From Methanoregula sp. (GTDB lineage: Archaea; Halobacteriota; Methanomicrobia; Methanomicrobiales; Methanospirillaceae), in NCBI GenBank assembly GCA_026394695.1, contig JAPKXT010000227.1:1-45347 (forward strand): a stretch of DNA of 45,347 nt, read 5' to 3'. Positions 29,631 to 41,200 of this stretch are shown one piece after another (position 1 is the stretch's first letter; each line of letters begins with the position of its first letter). The position numbers were made by a program, and so were the translations under genes. Below the pieces are notes generated by a model. It ran no database searches. It saw only the letters and a program-made list of their open reading frames with translations, and had not been told where the DNA came from.

Positions 29631-30998
29631 GTGTTGTTCGAACGGATCGTTTCTGACGGTATCGCCCACAATTCCTATCTTGTCGGATCGGGGGGAAAGG
29701 CAGCGGTGATCGATCCACGCCGGGACTGTGACATTTACCTTGACATCGCCCGCCGGAATGAACTGGAGATAACCTATATCTTCGAGACGCACCGGAACGA
29801 AGATTACACCATCGGATCGCTGGAACTAAAAGACCGGTGTGGAGCGGAGATTTTTCATGGCGCACGGATGGCGTTTGCCTATGGAAAACCGGTACATGAG
29901 GGCGACAGTTTCACCCTGGGGTCGCTGGTATTGTCGGTACTGGAGACCCCGGGCCATTCCGAAGAGAGTATCTCCCTTGTGCTGCGGGACACAGAGGTTG
30001 CTGATCAGCCATACATGGTATTTTCCGGCGATACGCTCTTTGCCGGTGATATTGCCCGGACTGACTTTTTCGGTCAGGAACGAAAAGCGGAGATGGCAAA
30101 AAAAATCTATGACAGCATTGCAAACAAGATCCTGCCACTTGGTGACGGGGTGATCCTCTGTCCCGCCCACGGTGCCGGGTCGGTTTGCGGTGGCGAGATC
30201 GCTGATCACCCGTTTACTACCCTTGGTTATGAAAAAAAGACAAATCCCCATCTCGCATCAGGCCGTGAATCTTTCAGCTCGCGGCGGGTAACCGAATCCC
30301 CGTATACTCCCCCTTATTTCCATCAAATGGAAACATTCAACCTTAACGGTGCGCCGATCCTGCACCGGTTACCGGATTTGCACTCGCTATCGATCCAAAA
30401 AGTCAACCAGCTCAGGAAATCCGGTTGCCAGATAATCGATATCCGGTCCCCCACCAGTTTTGGTGCAGGACATATCCCGGGCAGCATCTCCATCTGGCGG
30501 GAAGGTCTTGCCGCATTCATAGGCTGGTTTCTCGATTACCAAAGACCAATCGTCATTGTCGATGACTTCAACCTCGATCTTGACCTGGTAATCCGCCATT
30601 TTATCCGGCTTGGCTATGATAATATCGCAGGTTCTCTCTCCGGAGGATTTCCCGCCTGGACCAAAGCTGCGCAGGATATAGGAACTGTGCCAACCTGTTC
30701 AGTCCAGCAATTGAAGGACACTCTTGACAAAGAAAAACCCTACATTCTTGATGTACGGGATAGTAAAAACTGGCGCGCTGTCGGCCATATTCACGGTGCC
30801 CATCACATCTATATCGGGGAACTGCCCCGGCACCTTGATGAAATCCCCAAAGATGAACCCATTGTGGTCTATTGTGATGCCGGCTACAAAGGGAGCCTTG
30901 CGGCAAGCTTCCTTGCAATTCATCATTATCACCACCTGACCAATGTTCTGGGAGGAATGACCGCGTGGAAAAGGGCAGGATTCAAGATAGAGAAATAA
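29631..30998 (+). CDS. MBL-fold hydrolase with two rhodanese domains
   Basis: AAVIDP.RD, ETHRNED, TPGHS, SGDTLFAG..AR.D and PAHGAGS.CG; rhodanese motifs GHIPG and GHIHG with YCDAG and GGM.AW. Confidence 0.9.
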   Translation: MLFERIVSDGIAHNSYLVGSGGKAAVIDPRRDCDIYLDIARRNELEITYIFETHRNEDYTIGSLELKDRCGAEIFHGARMAFAYGKPVHEGDSFTLGSLVLSVLETPGHSEESISLVLRDTEVADQPYMVFSGDTLFAGDIARTDFFGQERKAEMAKKIYDSIANKILPLGDGVILCPAHGAGSVCGGEIADHPFTTLGYEKKTNPHLASGRESFSSRRVTESPYTPPYFHQMETFNLNGAPILHRLPDLHSLSIQKVNQLRKSGCQIIDIRSPTSFGAGHIPGSISIWREGLAAFIGWFLDYQRPIVIVDDFNLDLDLVIRHFIRLGYDNIAGSLSGGFPAWTKAAQDIGTVPTCSVQQLKDTLDKEKPYILDVRDSKNWRAVGHIHGAHHIYIGELPRHLDEIPKDEPIVVYCDAGYKGSLAASFLAIHHYHHLTNVLGGMTAWKRAGFKIEK

Positions 30999-31075
30999 TT
31001 TTTCTTTTTTTATTTCTAAAAAAAAAATTAATAAAATTTATCTACTCACGTTGGGAATTCCAATGGTGTAAGTTT

Positions 31076-31552
31076 ATGGAAATCTTGAAAATTCCGCGGA
31101 TGGAGAAACAGGAATACGATCGGTTAATCGAAAAGGGTTATGTCTGCCGGATTGCATTCCAGGGTGAAAAATATCCCTATATCGCACCATTCCTCTATGT
31201 CTTTGATGGATCATTTCTCTACTTCCTGTCAACAAAATATGGAAAAAAGATCGAACATTTCCGAAAAAGCCCCTATGTTTCTGTTGAAATTGAGAAATAC
31301 ACAAAAGATCTGTCGTCATACATGTTCGTGACTCTTCAGGGCTATCTCGAAGAAGTCCACGACTCGATCGAGAAGAAGATAATCAGGGAAAAATTTGTTG
31401 ATTTGATTGTTGAGAGAGACCTCTCCTGCAACATCCTTGCAGCGCTTGGGCACTCCCCCCTCGACCCCCCGGCTGCGATCGCCGAAGAGGAGCGGTCACT
31501 GGTCTGGAAACTGGTCGGCGTCAAGGATCTCGTGGCATTAAAAAATCTCTGA
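31076..31552 (+). CDS. Pyridoxamine 5'-phosphate oxidase/NimA-like flavin-binding protein
   Basis: RIAF....PYIAP..Y, LYF....G.KI and P.VSVE; start placed at ATG 31076. Confidence 0.8.
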   Translation: MEILKIPRMEKQEYDRLIEKGYVCRIAFQGEKYPYIAPFLYVFDGSFLYFLSTKYGKKIEHFRKSPYVSVEIEKYTKDLSSYMFVTLQGYLEEVHDSIEKKIIREKFVDLIVERDLSCNILAALGHSPLDPPAAIAEEERSLVWKLVGVKDLVALKNL

Positions 31553-31557
31553 TTTTT

Positions 31558-31758
31558 TTATTTTTCTGAATTAACGCACTTTAGCAATTCAAGCATCTGA
31601 GGTGGTTCAGTTATTTGCATGGAACAGGTATGGCCGTACAGATATACGCAGTTGCCTTTCCCCCTGTTGCATTCAGGTTGCCGGGTGTACGGTGCAAGGC
31701 TGGACTCTTTTTTCAGAGATCTGCCGGTTGTGTCGTGGATCCCTAACATCCGGATCAT
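31558..31758 (-). CDS. Possible small hypothetical Cys-containing protein
   Basis: 66-aa ORF with 4 Cys that fills the gap and converges on the previous gene; no recognisable family. Confidence 0.25.
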   Translation of the reverse strand: MIRMLGIHDTTGRSLKKESSLAPYTRQPECNRGKGNCVYLYGHTCSMQITEPPQMLELLKCVNSEK

Positions 31759-31898
31759 GTTTCATTGGCTGATCATCCGGCGTCATACCTGCCCATAGGC
31801 AGTGAAAGATAATGAGACTTTCAGAAGTATCATATCACAAAAACGCTGCGCTTATGTGTGTGGCAGATCCAAACACCACAGGAAATTCCTGACCACAC

Positions 31899-32624
31899 AT
31901 GCAGGCCCAAACGTTCCTCCTTGTCATCGCGACGGGCATTGTCGTAATGCTCATATCCATGGCGCTGGACTTTCTCTGGGCACAAGCCATACCGGTCCGG
32001 ATCTTTTATTATATCATAAAGGCTCCCGGAGTAATAATCCACGAATGTTCCCATGTTCTCGGGTGCCTTATTACCGGTGCCACGGTTAAAAAGGTCGTGC
32101 TCTTTTCCCGGGAGGGCGGGTCGGTTACCTATGCCTCACCGAAAATTCCCTATCTTGGTGATGTGGTGATCAGTACGGCACCGCTGTTCTGTATTCCCCT
32201 CGTGCTTGCGGGATGTACCTGGGTATTCTCGCAGTATCTCGGATGCGCGCTTCCCCTGCTGTCTTCCAATTTCAGTTCAATGGATGCCGTACTGGGACTC
32301 GGCAGTGGAATTGTGGAAATGTTTACCCTGAATCTTTTTGTCCGGTTCAATGCATGGTTCCTTGTCTACCTTTACCTGACTCTCAGTCTTGTCCTGTCGG
32401 TTGCACCGAGTTCACAGGATATCAGGAATGCAGCGATCGGGATCTGCATCCTAACCTTTTCAGGAATACTTATTCTCTGGAGTGGCATTCCCTTTGCGGT
32501 GAGTGTCCTTGAAAAAATCACCCTCCTTATCGGGATTGGTTGTGCCCTTGGTCTTGCGTTTGGCATCATCGCACTGGTAATTTCCGTTCCTCTGATGATC
32601 TGGTATGTCCACATCCATTTCTGA
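31899..32624 (+). CDS. Membrane zinc metalloprotease, M50-like
   Basis: PGV..HECSH (HExxH), G.V, IS.AP and APS.QD in a hydrophobic protein. Confidence 0.75.
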   Translation: MQAQTFLLVIATGIVVMLISMALDFLWAQAIPVRIFYYIIKAPGVIIHECSHVLGCLITGATVKKVVLFSREGGSVTYASPKIPYLGDVVISTAPLFCIPLVLAGCTWVFSQYLGCALPLLSSNFSSMDAVLGLGSGIVEMFTLNLFVRFNAWFLVYLYLTLSLVLSVAPSSQDIRNAAIGICILTFSGILILWSGIPFAVSVLEKITLLIGIGCALGLAFGIIALVISVPLMIWYVHIHF

Positions 32625-32687
32625 TATAGCCCGGGCATAGTGATAAGATCGGTATTAATTGATCCGGAAGGTAATTTTTCTGCATAC

Positions 32688-35369
32688 ATGACTCGTGATC
32701 CTCCCTTACAATTTCCAGACGTGGTTGAAAATGGTGCCCGTCTCACCCCCGTGATGCGGCAATACAGGGAGATCAAGGAAAAATATCCGGATACCATCCT
32801 GTTTTTCCGCATCGGTGATTTTTATGAGACGTTTGAAAGCGATGCGGAACTCATCTCCCGGGAACTGGAGATTGTTCTTACCTCACGCTCAAAAAGCGGC
32901 GATAACCGGATCCCCCTTGCGGGTGTCCCCTATCATGCCGCAGACGGGTATATAGCAAAACTTGTCGGCAAGGGTTACAAAGTAGCTGTTGTTGATCAGG
33001 TAGGGGATACAAAAAACAAAAAGGGAATTGTAAAACGCGAGCTGGTTCGCGTGATCACCCCAGGCACCTTGATCGACTCTGCCATGCTTTCCTCTTCGGC
33101 TTCATCGTGCCTGTTCGCAGTCTGTCCCGATCTGAAAAACAACCGATGGGGAATTGCACTTCTCGATATCTCGACCGGGGAATTTTTTGTTGCATCCATC
33201 GACCATGATCATGGTTTTGAGAATATTCTCTCAGAGATTGCCCGCTACCGCCCGGCAGAATGCATAGTTCCGTCAGCGGTTCCGGACGAATTGATGAAAA
33301 GTATCCGTGAGCGGGGGGTTGTTGTTACTAACTTTAACGACAAGGAATTCTCCGAACAGCGGGCAGGACGTACCCTTATGGAACATTTCCATGTCACCTC
33401 CCTCGCCGGCTATGGGTGTGACGGGCTCCCTGCATCAATCGGTGCGGCCGGTGCAGCGCTTGCTTATGCAAAAGAGACACAGAACTCTCCTCTTGCCCAC
33501 ATCAGCAGTCTTTATGTGCGCTCATCAGCGCAGGGTATGATGCTTGATGCAATCACGCTGCGCAACCTCGAAGTGAAAGAAAGTATCCGAAGTGAAACAA
33601 AAGGGGCAACACTATTCTCCTGTCTTGACCTGACAAAAACTCCGATGGGAAGCCGTATGCTCTACCGGCAGCTCTCCCGCCCGCTTACCGATATCGAGGA
33701 GATCAACAAACGACTGGATGCGATTGATTTTTTAATCGCACACACGCCTGTTCGGCTTTCCCTCAGGAGCCTTCTTACACGCTGCGCAGATATCGAGAGA
33801 ATTGCGGCGAGGATTGCATATGGGAATGCAGGACCCCGGGATCTCATTGCACTTGCAGACACGCTTTCAACACTTCCCTCAATCAGGAGCACGATACAGG
33901 AGGACAAAACAGGGAATATCCCTCAGTATATTGCCGACGCTCTGAAAAATCTTCATGATTTACCGGATTGTATCAACCTCATCCGGAACGCAATTGTCAA
34001 AGAACCTCCCGTTATTGCACGCAACGGGGGAGTAATCCGGCCCGGTTATTCAAAAGAACTGGATTCGCTTAAAGGAGTGCTCCATTCGGGAAAGGACTGG
34101 ATTATTGAACTCCAGAAAAAAGAACAGGAACTGACCGGTATCAAATCACTCAAGATCGGGTATAACAGGATCTTCGGTTACTACATTGATATTACAAAAC
34201 CAAATCTTCATCTTGTGCCTTCCCATTACCAGCGTCGCCAGACAACAGCAACGGGCGAACGCTATACGCTTCCCGAACTGCAGGAAAAAGAGACACTTAT
34301 CACCAATGCTGATGAACGTATCCTTGCACTTGAGCGTGAACTCTGGTCAGGAATTATCGAAATTCTTCGCAGCATCATTTGCGATCTCCAGACAACTGCC
34401 ATAGGCATTGCTGTCCTTGATGTCTCCGTTGCACTTGCTGAAATTGCACAGACCCATGATTACGTGCGCCCGCAACTGAATACCAGTGATACGATTATCA
34501 TCCGTGACGGGAGACACCCGGTTGTCGAAAAGGGTGCGTTGGGAGTTTTTGTGCCTAACGATACCGAGCTTGCCAGTTCCGGTACCCAGGTGATGATCAT
34601 CACCGGTGCAAACATGGCAGGAAAGTCTACGTACATGCGGGCAGTAGCACTCATCTGTATCATGGCTCAGGCAGGAAGTTTTGTCCCCGCCCGGCACGCG
34701 AGTATTGGCATACTTGACCGCATCTTCACGCGTGTCGGCGCATTTGACGATCTCGCCAGCGGTCAGAGCACGTTTTTTGTCGAAATGCTTGAACTTGCAA
34801 ACATTCTCAATAATGTAACCTCAAAGAGCCTTGTTATCCTTGATGAGATTGGCAGGGGGACCAGCACCGGTGATGGGTGCTCAATTGCAAAGGCGGTGCT
34901 CGAATACCTGCACGGGCGGGCAGGCGCCGGGCCAAAAACACTTTTTGCCACGCACTTCCATGAACTCATTGAGGTGGAAGGGGTACTAAAAAGGGTTAAA
35001 AATTATCATTTTGCTGTAAAAGAGACAAAAAATGACGTGGTCTTCCTGCGCAGGCTCATACCTGGTGCAACGGATAAGAGTTACGGTATCCACGTTGCCC
35101 GGCTGGCCGGTATCCCCAAAAAAGTGACCGAACGTGCCGAAAGCATTCTTGTTGAGACCATGAACCGCGATGTTCCTGCAGGAACCCGCCCCCAGCGGTA
35201 TACCCAGGTTCTGCTTTTCGATCATGACAACACACCAAAAACCGCAGTACACCACCCGGTACTCGATGAACTTACCCGTATTACTCCTGATGAGATGACA
35301 CCCCTGCAGGCACTTGCAAAGATAGCAGAATTACGCAAGATGCTGGAGAATAAGGAAGGGAAAGTATGA
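32688..35369 (+). CDS. mutS: DNA mismatch repair protein MutS
   Basis: TPVMRQY, GDFYE.F, Walker A GANMAGKS, SGQSTF.VEM, DEIGRGT, FATHFHEL and SYGIHVA. Start uncertain (32640-32751). Confidence 0.97.
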   Translation: MTRDPPLQFPDVVENGARLTPVMRQYREIKEKYPDTILFFRIGDFYETFESDAELISRELEIVLTSRSKSGDNRIPLAGVPYHAADGYIAKLVGKGYKVAVVDQVGDTKNKKGIVKRELVRVITPGTLIDSAMLSSSASSCLFAVCPDLKNNRWGIALLDISTGEFFVASIDHDHGFENILSEIARYRPAECIVPSAVPDELMKSIRERGVVVTNFNDKEFSEQRAGRTLMEHFHVTSLAGYGCDGLPASIGAAGAALAYAKETQNSPLAHISSLYVRSSAQGMMLDAITLRNLEVKESIRSETKGATLFSCLDLTKTPMGSRMLYRQLSRPLTDIEEINKRLDAIDFLIAHTPVRLSLRSLLTRCADIERIAARIAYGNAGPRDLIALADTLSTLPSIRSTIQEDKTGNIPQYIADALKNLHDLPDCINLIRNAIVKEPPVIARNGGVIRPGYSKELDSLKGVLHSGKDWIIELQKKEQELTGIKSLKIGYNRIFGYYIDITKPNLHLVPSHYQRRQTTATGERYTLPELQEKETLITNADERILALERELWSGIIEILRSIICDLQTTAIGIAVLDVSVALAEIAQTHDYVRPQLNTSDTIIIRDGRHPVVEKGALGVFVPNDTELASSGTQVMIITGANMAGKSTYMRAVALICIMAQAGSFVPARHASIGILDRIFTRVGAFDDLASGQSTFFVEMLELANILNNVTSKSLVILDEIGRGTSTGDGCSIAKAVLEYLHGRAGAGPKTLFATHFHELIEVEGVLKRVKNYHFAVKETKNDVVFLRRLIPGATDKSYGIHVARLAGIPKKVTERAESILVETMNRDVPAGTRPQRYTQVLLFDHDNTPKTAVHHPVLDELTRITPDEMTPLQALAKIAELRKMLENKEGKV

Positions 35370-37165
35370 AGAATAACCACAATTTCTCTCAGATCCATAT
35401 CCTTGACCAGGTAACGGTCAACCAGATCGCGGCAGGGGAAGTGGTTGAGCGTCCCGCATCGGTAGTAAAAGAACTTGTGGAAAATGCAATAGATGCCGCT
35501 GCCCGTTCAATTCGCATCGATGTTGTGTCCTCAGCGGAAGGCATTGTAAATGTCCGGATCATTGATGATGGATGCGGTATGACTCCTGCCGACGCTTTGC
35601 TTGCCTTCACTCCCCATGCAACGAGCAAGATTACCCGGATCGATGATCTTACCCATATCCGCACGCTTGGATTTCGTGGAGAAGCTCTTGCCAGCATCGC
35701 CTCGGTCTCCCGGGTCACTCTGACCACACGACCTCATGCTACTGGAGTTGTTGCCGGGACAAAAGTTGTCGTTGAGGGGGGAATAATAAAAAAGACGGGA
35801 GAAACCGGGGCACCGGAAGGGACCACGGTGCTGGTAGAAGACCTGTTTTTTAATACACCGGCACGGAAAAAATTCCAGAAGAGCAAAAATACCGAGATTT
35901 CACATATTCACGCGCTTTTGGAAGGTATCTGCCTTGCCCACCCAGAAATTTCATTTCGGATGTTCACCGATCAAAACGAGCACCTTGTAACGGATCGTTC
36001 TCCCCGGATACTTGATACCATCGCCCGCATCTATGGCAGCGATGTGGTTAAGGAACTTGTCCCGGTGAGTCTGTCTCTCCCGTTTATTAAGATTTCCGGC
36101 TATACATCGCGCCCTTCACTCTCACGAAAGGACGCATCACGGTTGATGATAGCGATCAATCAACGATATGTATCCTCGCCGGTAATCACCGGGGCGATCA
36201 GGGAGGGTTATGGCACGCTGCTCCCCAAAGAGCGGTTCCCGGTTGCTTTCCTTTCCTTAAAGATTGATACAGAACTTGTCGATGTAAATGTTCACCCGAC
36301 AAAAAAACTGGTCCGCCTTTCCCGGGAAAACGAGATCGTACAAGCAATCCGCGAATCGGTTACCACCGCGTTACTCAGCCACGACCTGATTCCCGCAGTC
36401 AGACCCCCGTTACCTTTACTTACAGGGGAATCCGGCAAGGATGCAGTAATAGAACCAGGTATGCGCTATGATCTTACTACACCGGCATCGTCGGGAGTCA
36501 GCGAATCCACGCATGCAGGTACGGTAACAACCGACCGCCAACTTCGGCAGACAGAACTTTCCACCGGTATTTTACCGGTCGATGTAAAACTTCCATTGAT
36601 GGAGGTTATCGGGCAATTTGGGGGAATCTACATCCTGACTACAACGGAAAGCGGTGAACTTGTCCTCATCGATCAGCATGCCGCTCACGAACGCATCCTG
36701 TATGAACAGGTCATTGCACGAACGGGAGGCGATCATCGTTCACAGGAACTCATAGTTCCGGTTATTCTTCACCGGACCGCACAAGAGGCGGCAGTCCTTT
36801 TAGATCTTATACCAGCACTTGCAAAGGAGGGTTTTGTCTTTGAAGAATTCGGCAGGGATACATTCCTTGTCCGGGCAATCCCGGTGGTCTTAGGCAAACT
36901 TGAGGATACGACCATGATCGATGAGATCGTGAGCGATCTGGTCAGCCAAGAGCCTGCACGTGCGGTTAATAACCGTGAAAGGATTACCCGCATTATCGCA
37001 TGCCGGGGCGCGATTAAGGGGGGGACTGTCTGCACAAAGGAGCAGTGCCAGCGTATCGTAAACCAGATCCGGTATGCCAAAAACCCGTTTACCTGTCCCC
37101 ATGGAAGACCAACGATGATAAGGTTCAGCCGGGCCGATCTCGACACTATGTTCAAACGTACCTGA
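35366..37165 (+). CDS. mutL: DNA mismatch repair endonuclease MutL
   Basis: NQIAAGEVVERP, GFRGEAL, VDVNVHP.K and endonuclease motifs DQHAAHERILYE, ACR and CPHGRP; ATGA overlap with mutS. Confidence 0.97.
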   Translation: MKNNHNFSQIHILDQVTVNQIAAGEVVERPASVVKELVENAIDAAARSIRIDVVSSAEGIVNVRIIDDGCGMTPADALLAFTPHATSKITRIDDLTHIRTLGFRGEALASIASVSRVTLTTRPHATGVVAGTKVVVEGGIIKKTGETGAPEGTTVLVEDLFFNTPARKKFQKSKNTEISHIHALLEGICLAHPEISFRMFTDQNEHLVTDRSPRILDTIARIYGSDVVKELVPVSLSLPFIKISGYTSRPSLSRKDASRLMIAINQRYVSSPVITGAIREGYGTLLPKERFPVAFLSLKIDTELVDVNVHPTKKLVRLSRENEIVQAIRESVTTALLSHDLIPAVRPPLPLLTGESGKDAVIEPGMRYDLTTPASSGVSESTHAGTVTTDRQLRQTELSTGILPVDVKLPLMEVIGQFGGIYILTTTESGELVLIDQHAAHERILYEQVIARTGGDHRSQELIVPVILHRTAQEAAVLLDLIPALAKEGFVFEEFGRDTFLVRAIPVVLGKLEDTTMIDEIVSDLVSQEPARAVNNRERITRIIACRGAIKGGTVCTKEQCQRIVNQIRYAKNPFTCPHGRPTMIRFSRADLDTMFKRT

Positions 37166-37292
37166 ATGCCGGTAATTTCCTGGCACACCCTGAACTCTCC
37201 TGTCAGCGTTGTTGCCATAACCTGAATGATTATAAGCGGTCGTGATCATACGGTATGGATCGGGCCTGAACAGTTTGGATGGGCAGCAAACC

Positions 37293-38168
37293 ATGAAAAT
37301 TTCAGATCAGGAAACTCTGGATCATTCCGGACCCCAATTTTCACGTGATGATAGATCCCGTCATGGTATTTGGGCATTCCAGCAGATGGTGCTGTCATAT
37401 TACGAGCAGCACGGCCGGGACATGGCCTGGCGAAATACCACAGATTCCTATCTGATTCTCGTCTCGGAGATTATGCTCCAGCAGACACAGGTAGAACGGG
37501 TTACCACGAAATTTCCGGAATTTATCCGTGCATTCCCGGACTTTGCAACACTTGCCGCCGCCCCGCTTGGTGAAGTTCTCACTGTCTGGCAGGGTATGGG
37601 TTACAACCGTCGGGCGATCTCATTACAGAAATGTGCCATCCGGGTTATAAACGAATATAACGGCATTCTTCCGGCTGATGTCGATATTCTTGCAACATTT
37701 CCCGGCATTGGCAGGGCAACCGCTTCATCCATCGCAGCATTCGCGTTCAATATGCCCGTCGTATTCATTGAGACCAATATTCGCAGGGTCTTCATTCATT
37801 TTTTCTTTACCGAAACTGGCACAGTAAGCGATGCAGAGATCCTCCCGCTCGTTGAAAAGGTCTTATACCGGAAAAATCCCCGCATTTGGTACTGGGCGTT
37901 AATGGACCTTGGTTCAGCGCTCAAAAAAACTGTTGCAAACCCTAACCGCCGGAGCGTTCACTATACCAGGCAATCTCCCTTTGAAGGTTCTGACCGGAAA
38001 ATTCGTGGCGCGCTCCTGAAAATAGTGCTGAAAGATCCATTCCTTGAAGAGGAGGAGATCATTGGTCGTGTTGCTGAGGATCCTCATCGGTTACGAAGGA
38101 TTCTGGGGGCTCTTGAAGCAGATGGGTTCATTCAGAGAAAGGATAATGGATTTGTACCTGCAGAATAA
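37293..38168 (+). CDS. mutY: A/G-specific adenine glycosylase-like HhH-GPD protein without Fe-S cysteines
   Basis: WR, VSEIMLQQTQV, W.GMGY.RRA, HhH PGIG..TA and ALMDLG; start uncertain. Confidence 0.85.
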   Translation: MKISDQETLDHSGPQFSRDDRSRHGIWAFQQMVLSYYEQHGRDMAWRNTTDSYLILVSEIMLQQTQVERVTTKFPEFIRAFPDFATLAAAPLGEVLTVWQGMGYNRRAISLQKCAIRVINEYNGILPADVDILATFPGIGRATASSIAAFAFNMPVVFIETNIRRVFIHFFFTETGTVSDAEILPLVEKVLYRKNPRIWYWALMDLGSALKKTVANPNRRSVHYTRQSPFEGSDRKIRGALLKIVLKDPFLEEEEIIGRVAEDPHRLRRILGALEADGFIQRKDNGFVPAE

Positions 38169-38273
38169 TGCCTGTGGTATCACATTTAACTGGTATATCG
38201 AGGATAATTAAAAAAATTGAAGGTATTTTTTCCTCGGATTAAAAATATAATCTTTCACCACTCCTGTTTTTCA

Positions 38274-41200
38274 TCATCGTGATTTTTCGATTGTTCCCCG
38301 TTCGACATTTCGTGCGATTGCCATATAGCCAAAAAGATCCCCTTCTTCTGTAGTAATTGCAGAAATATTTGCCTCAACAGGAACTCTCCCGGACGATGAA
38401 AGCATCATGAGTGGTACGGTTTTATTCCCGCTTTTTTTGACTTCCATGAGAGAGTCCAATGCCATTTTACGGAACTCCGGAGCGATATAGAGCGCGATAC
38501 TATTGCCTGCCAGATCATTGCAACTTCCTGCATTTACCGCGCTGACAAGAGCATCATTTACCCAGACACACTTACCGGATCGATCGAGAATTGCTATATA
38601 ATCCCGCGCCATTTTCAGGGCGTTGGATAAATAGTGCGGACTTAATAATCCCGTGGTTTTCACTGTTTCCGGATCATAGAGATGCTCTGCGGCACGGTTC
38701 CCGCTGGTGATGGATCCATCAATTTTTTCCCCGGTATTAACATCGCCGGAGGTCCCTGCTACCAAGGGAAGCAGTTTTGGTTCTTGTTCACCTTTTCTCT
38801 CTCCCGTGATATCCTCATAGACGACACACTGTTTCTTGTTAGAGATCGTGACCGGTCGAAAAAGGATCTCACGATCAACACCCTCTTTACATCTTACCGT
38901 AAATGTCCTCGGTCTTTCAAGGCCGTCTTTGGATGCTTCAAGATCTGATTTCCATGTAGTGATGACGTGTTTGCGGTATTCCGGATCGGGGTATGCACGT
39001 GAAAACCACTCTCTTCCTGTTCTGATGTCATTCAGGTCATACCCAAAGATCTCCTTAAACTTCTGATTTACATACTGGTACGTGCCATCAGATCCAATAA
39101 TCGCTATGGGAACGTGAGCGTATTGTGCAATACTCGAGAAGACCTCCTGGCTCTCTTTGAGAGAATCCTCAGCAATCTTTCGCTGGAGCGCGATCGAAGC
39201 GGCCCGGGCATAATTTTCGATAAGCTGGATATCGGGAATCATTGCCCCCTTGTGAAGAAATATTGTCGCATTCCCAAAAAGCGTACCCCAACGAACAAAA
39301 CCGATCCCATAGATATCACCTATGTTGATTGCTTCATCAATCTGGTCACAGGTTTCCGTTGGAATCTTCCTGAAGAGGATATCATACAGTGAAAGAGGCA
39401 CCTTGTGCAGCTGTCCAGTACTGAGCGTGTGGAGCGCCAAGGGGTCGATTGGATAGTCCATATCTCTGGGGTCCCGACCGAGACATCGCGTGCAGGCAGC
39501 ACGATCCTCATCGCCTTTACAGGATCTGCACGTGAGGATACCGGTTACCACATCGAATGAATTAACGCTGATCATGGCATCGGCGATCAGCAATTTCAGA
39601 TCAGATGCAATTTTTTCATAAATATCGGCATCGGGAGATAGTTCAATAAACTCTTGTAATGCCCGGGAAAAAAAGTCCAGTTGAGAGATTTGATCCCGGA
39701 TTTTTTCAGTCGCGATCCGGCGTTCGCTGATATCCCGGAAAATCCCTTCTACGCCGAGTAAAGAACCTGTACCATCATAAAACAGGTGACTGTTGGTTGA
39801 GACACAGAGGGGACTACCATCCCTGCATTTTAAAACAACTTCATAATCACTGACCGAACCATTCTTGTACACAGCGTCGAGAAAATCCTTTCGGCGGTGC
39901 GGCTCAAAATAGAATTTTTCAGCGATATTGTAACCGATGCAGTCGTCAAGGGAATCATACCCGAGCAGATTTGCCCAGCTCGGGCTTGCCATGATAAGAT
40001 TTCCTTTTGTATCGGACCGGTAAAAAACATCCTGGATATTTTCGATCACGCTCCGGTATAATTTTTCACTCTCCCGTAAGGTTTCTGCCGTTTTCTGCCG
40101 TAGTAGTGCGTTGGCAGCCTGACGGATATACGCCTCAATAAGGTCACCATGCCCGAGTTTATCCCCCTTTCGGAGCAGTATCACCACATTAGCAAGGATA
40201 ATCCCCTGCGACACAAGCCCTATGATATAACTATCCTCGATGTTCAGGGCTCCTTCAATCTTTGCACACACCGCTTCGGGCACACTCCTGTGCATGGCAA
40301 AAAAAAGGTTACCCGGGATTTTAACGATTCTTCCACTCAATACGGCCTTTACTGCCATATCTCCTTCAGCACCCTTGATGAGCGTCGTAGTCTTACCGAT
40401 AATATCTTCCCCCATCAATGTACTGAAGATATCGCGGTCTTCGTCGCCGAGTACACTCCGGGTGGTAGCAGAATCGGTTTTGAGGTCAATTGAGTTTACC
40501 AGCACAATTGCTTCTGGAAGAATATCCTTCAGCCCACGGCAGATGGTTCCGTACATATCGGCATCTTGTGAGAGTTCGAGGAATTCATAGGATTTCTTCG
40601 AGAGGTACTCAATATCTGCAATGTATTGCCTGATCTTTGCTTCTGCCTCTTTTTGTTCGGTAATATCCCTGCCTACTCCCTGGTATTCGACAATTGTCCC
40701 GTGATCGTCAAAGAGAGCCCTGTTTGTCCACTGTGTCCAGCGGATGCGACCAGATGGATCATACATACGATATTCAGCTGATAATACCGGGTTTTGTGCG
40801 CTCATTGATTGCAGGTCCTGGAGCAGCCGGTCTTGATCTTCTTTTGGGATCAGGGAAAAAATCGACTGCCCAAGCAATTCAGCCTGGTCCTTCTGAAAAT
40901 ATCTGCACACTGAATCATTCACATAGGTGAGTGTTCCGTCCGGCAGGAATCTTGAGACAAATTCGGTCTGGTCCTCGACAATACCCCGGTACCTGGCTTC
41001 GCTCTTCTTTAAAGAGTCCTCGAATAGCCTCCGGTGTAATACAACAGATGCCTGCCGGATAAATGTCTCGATAAGCGAGGAGTCAGGTACGGTTTCGCCC
41101 TTCCGCAGTAAAAAAACCACTATACCAAAGAGTATACCGTGTCGCACAAGTCCTATGCCATAATACCTGTCTCCCAGGTTGAGAGTATCTTGGATCCGGT

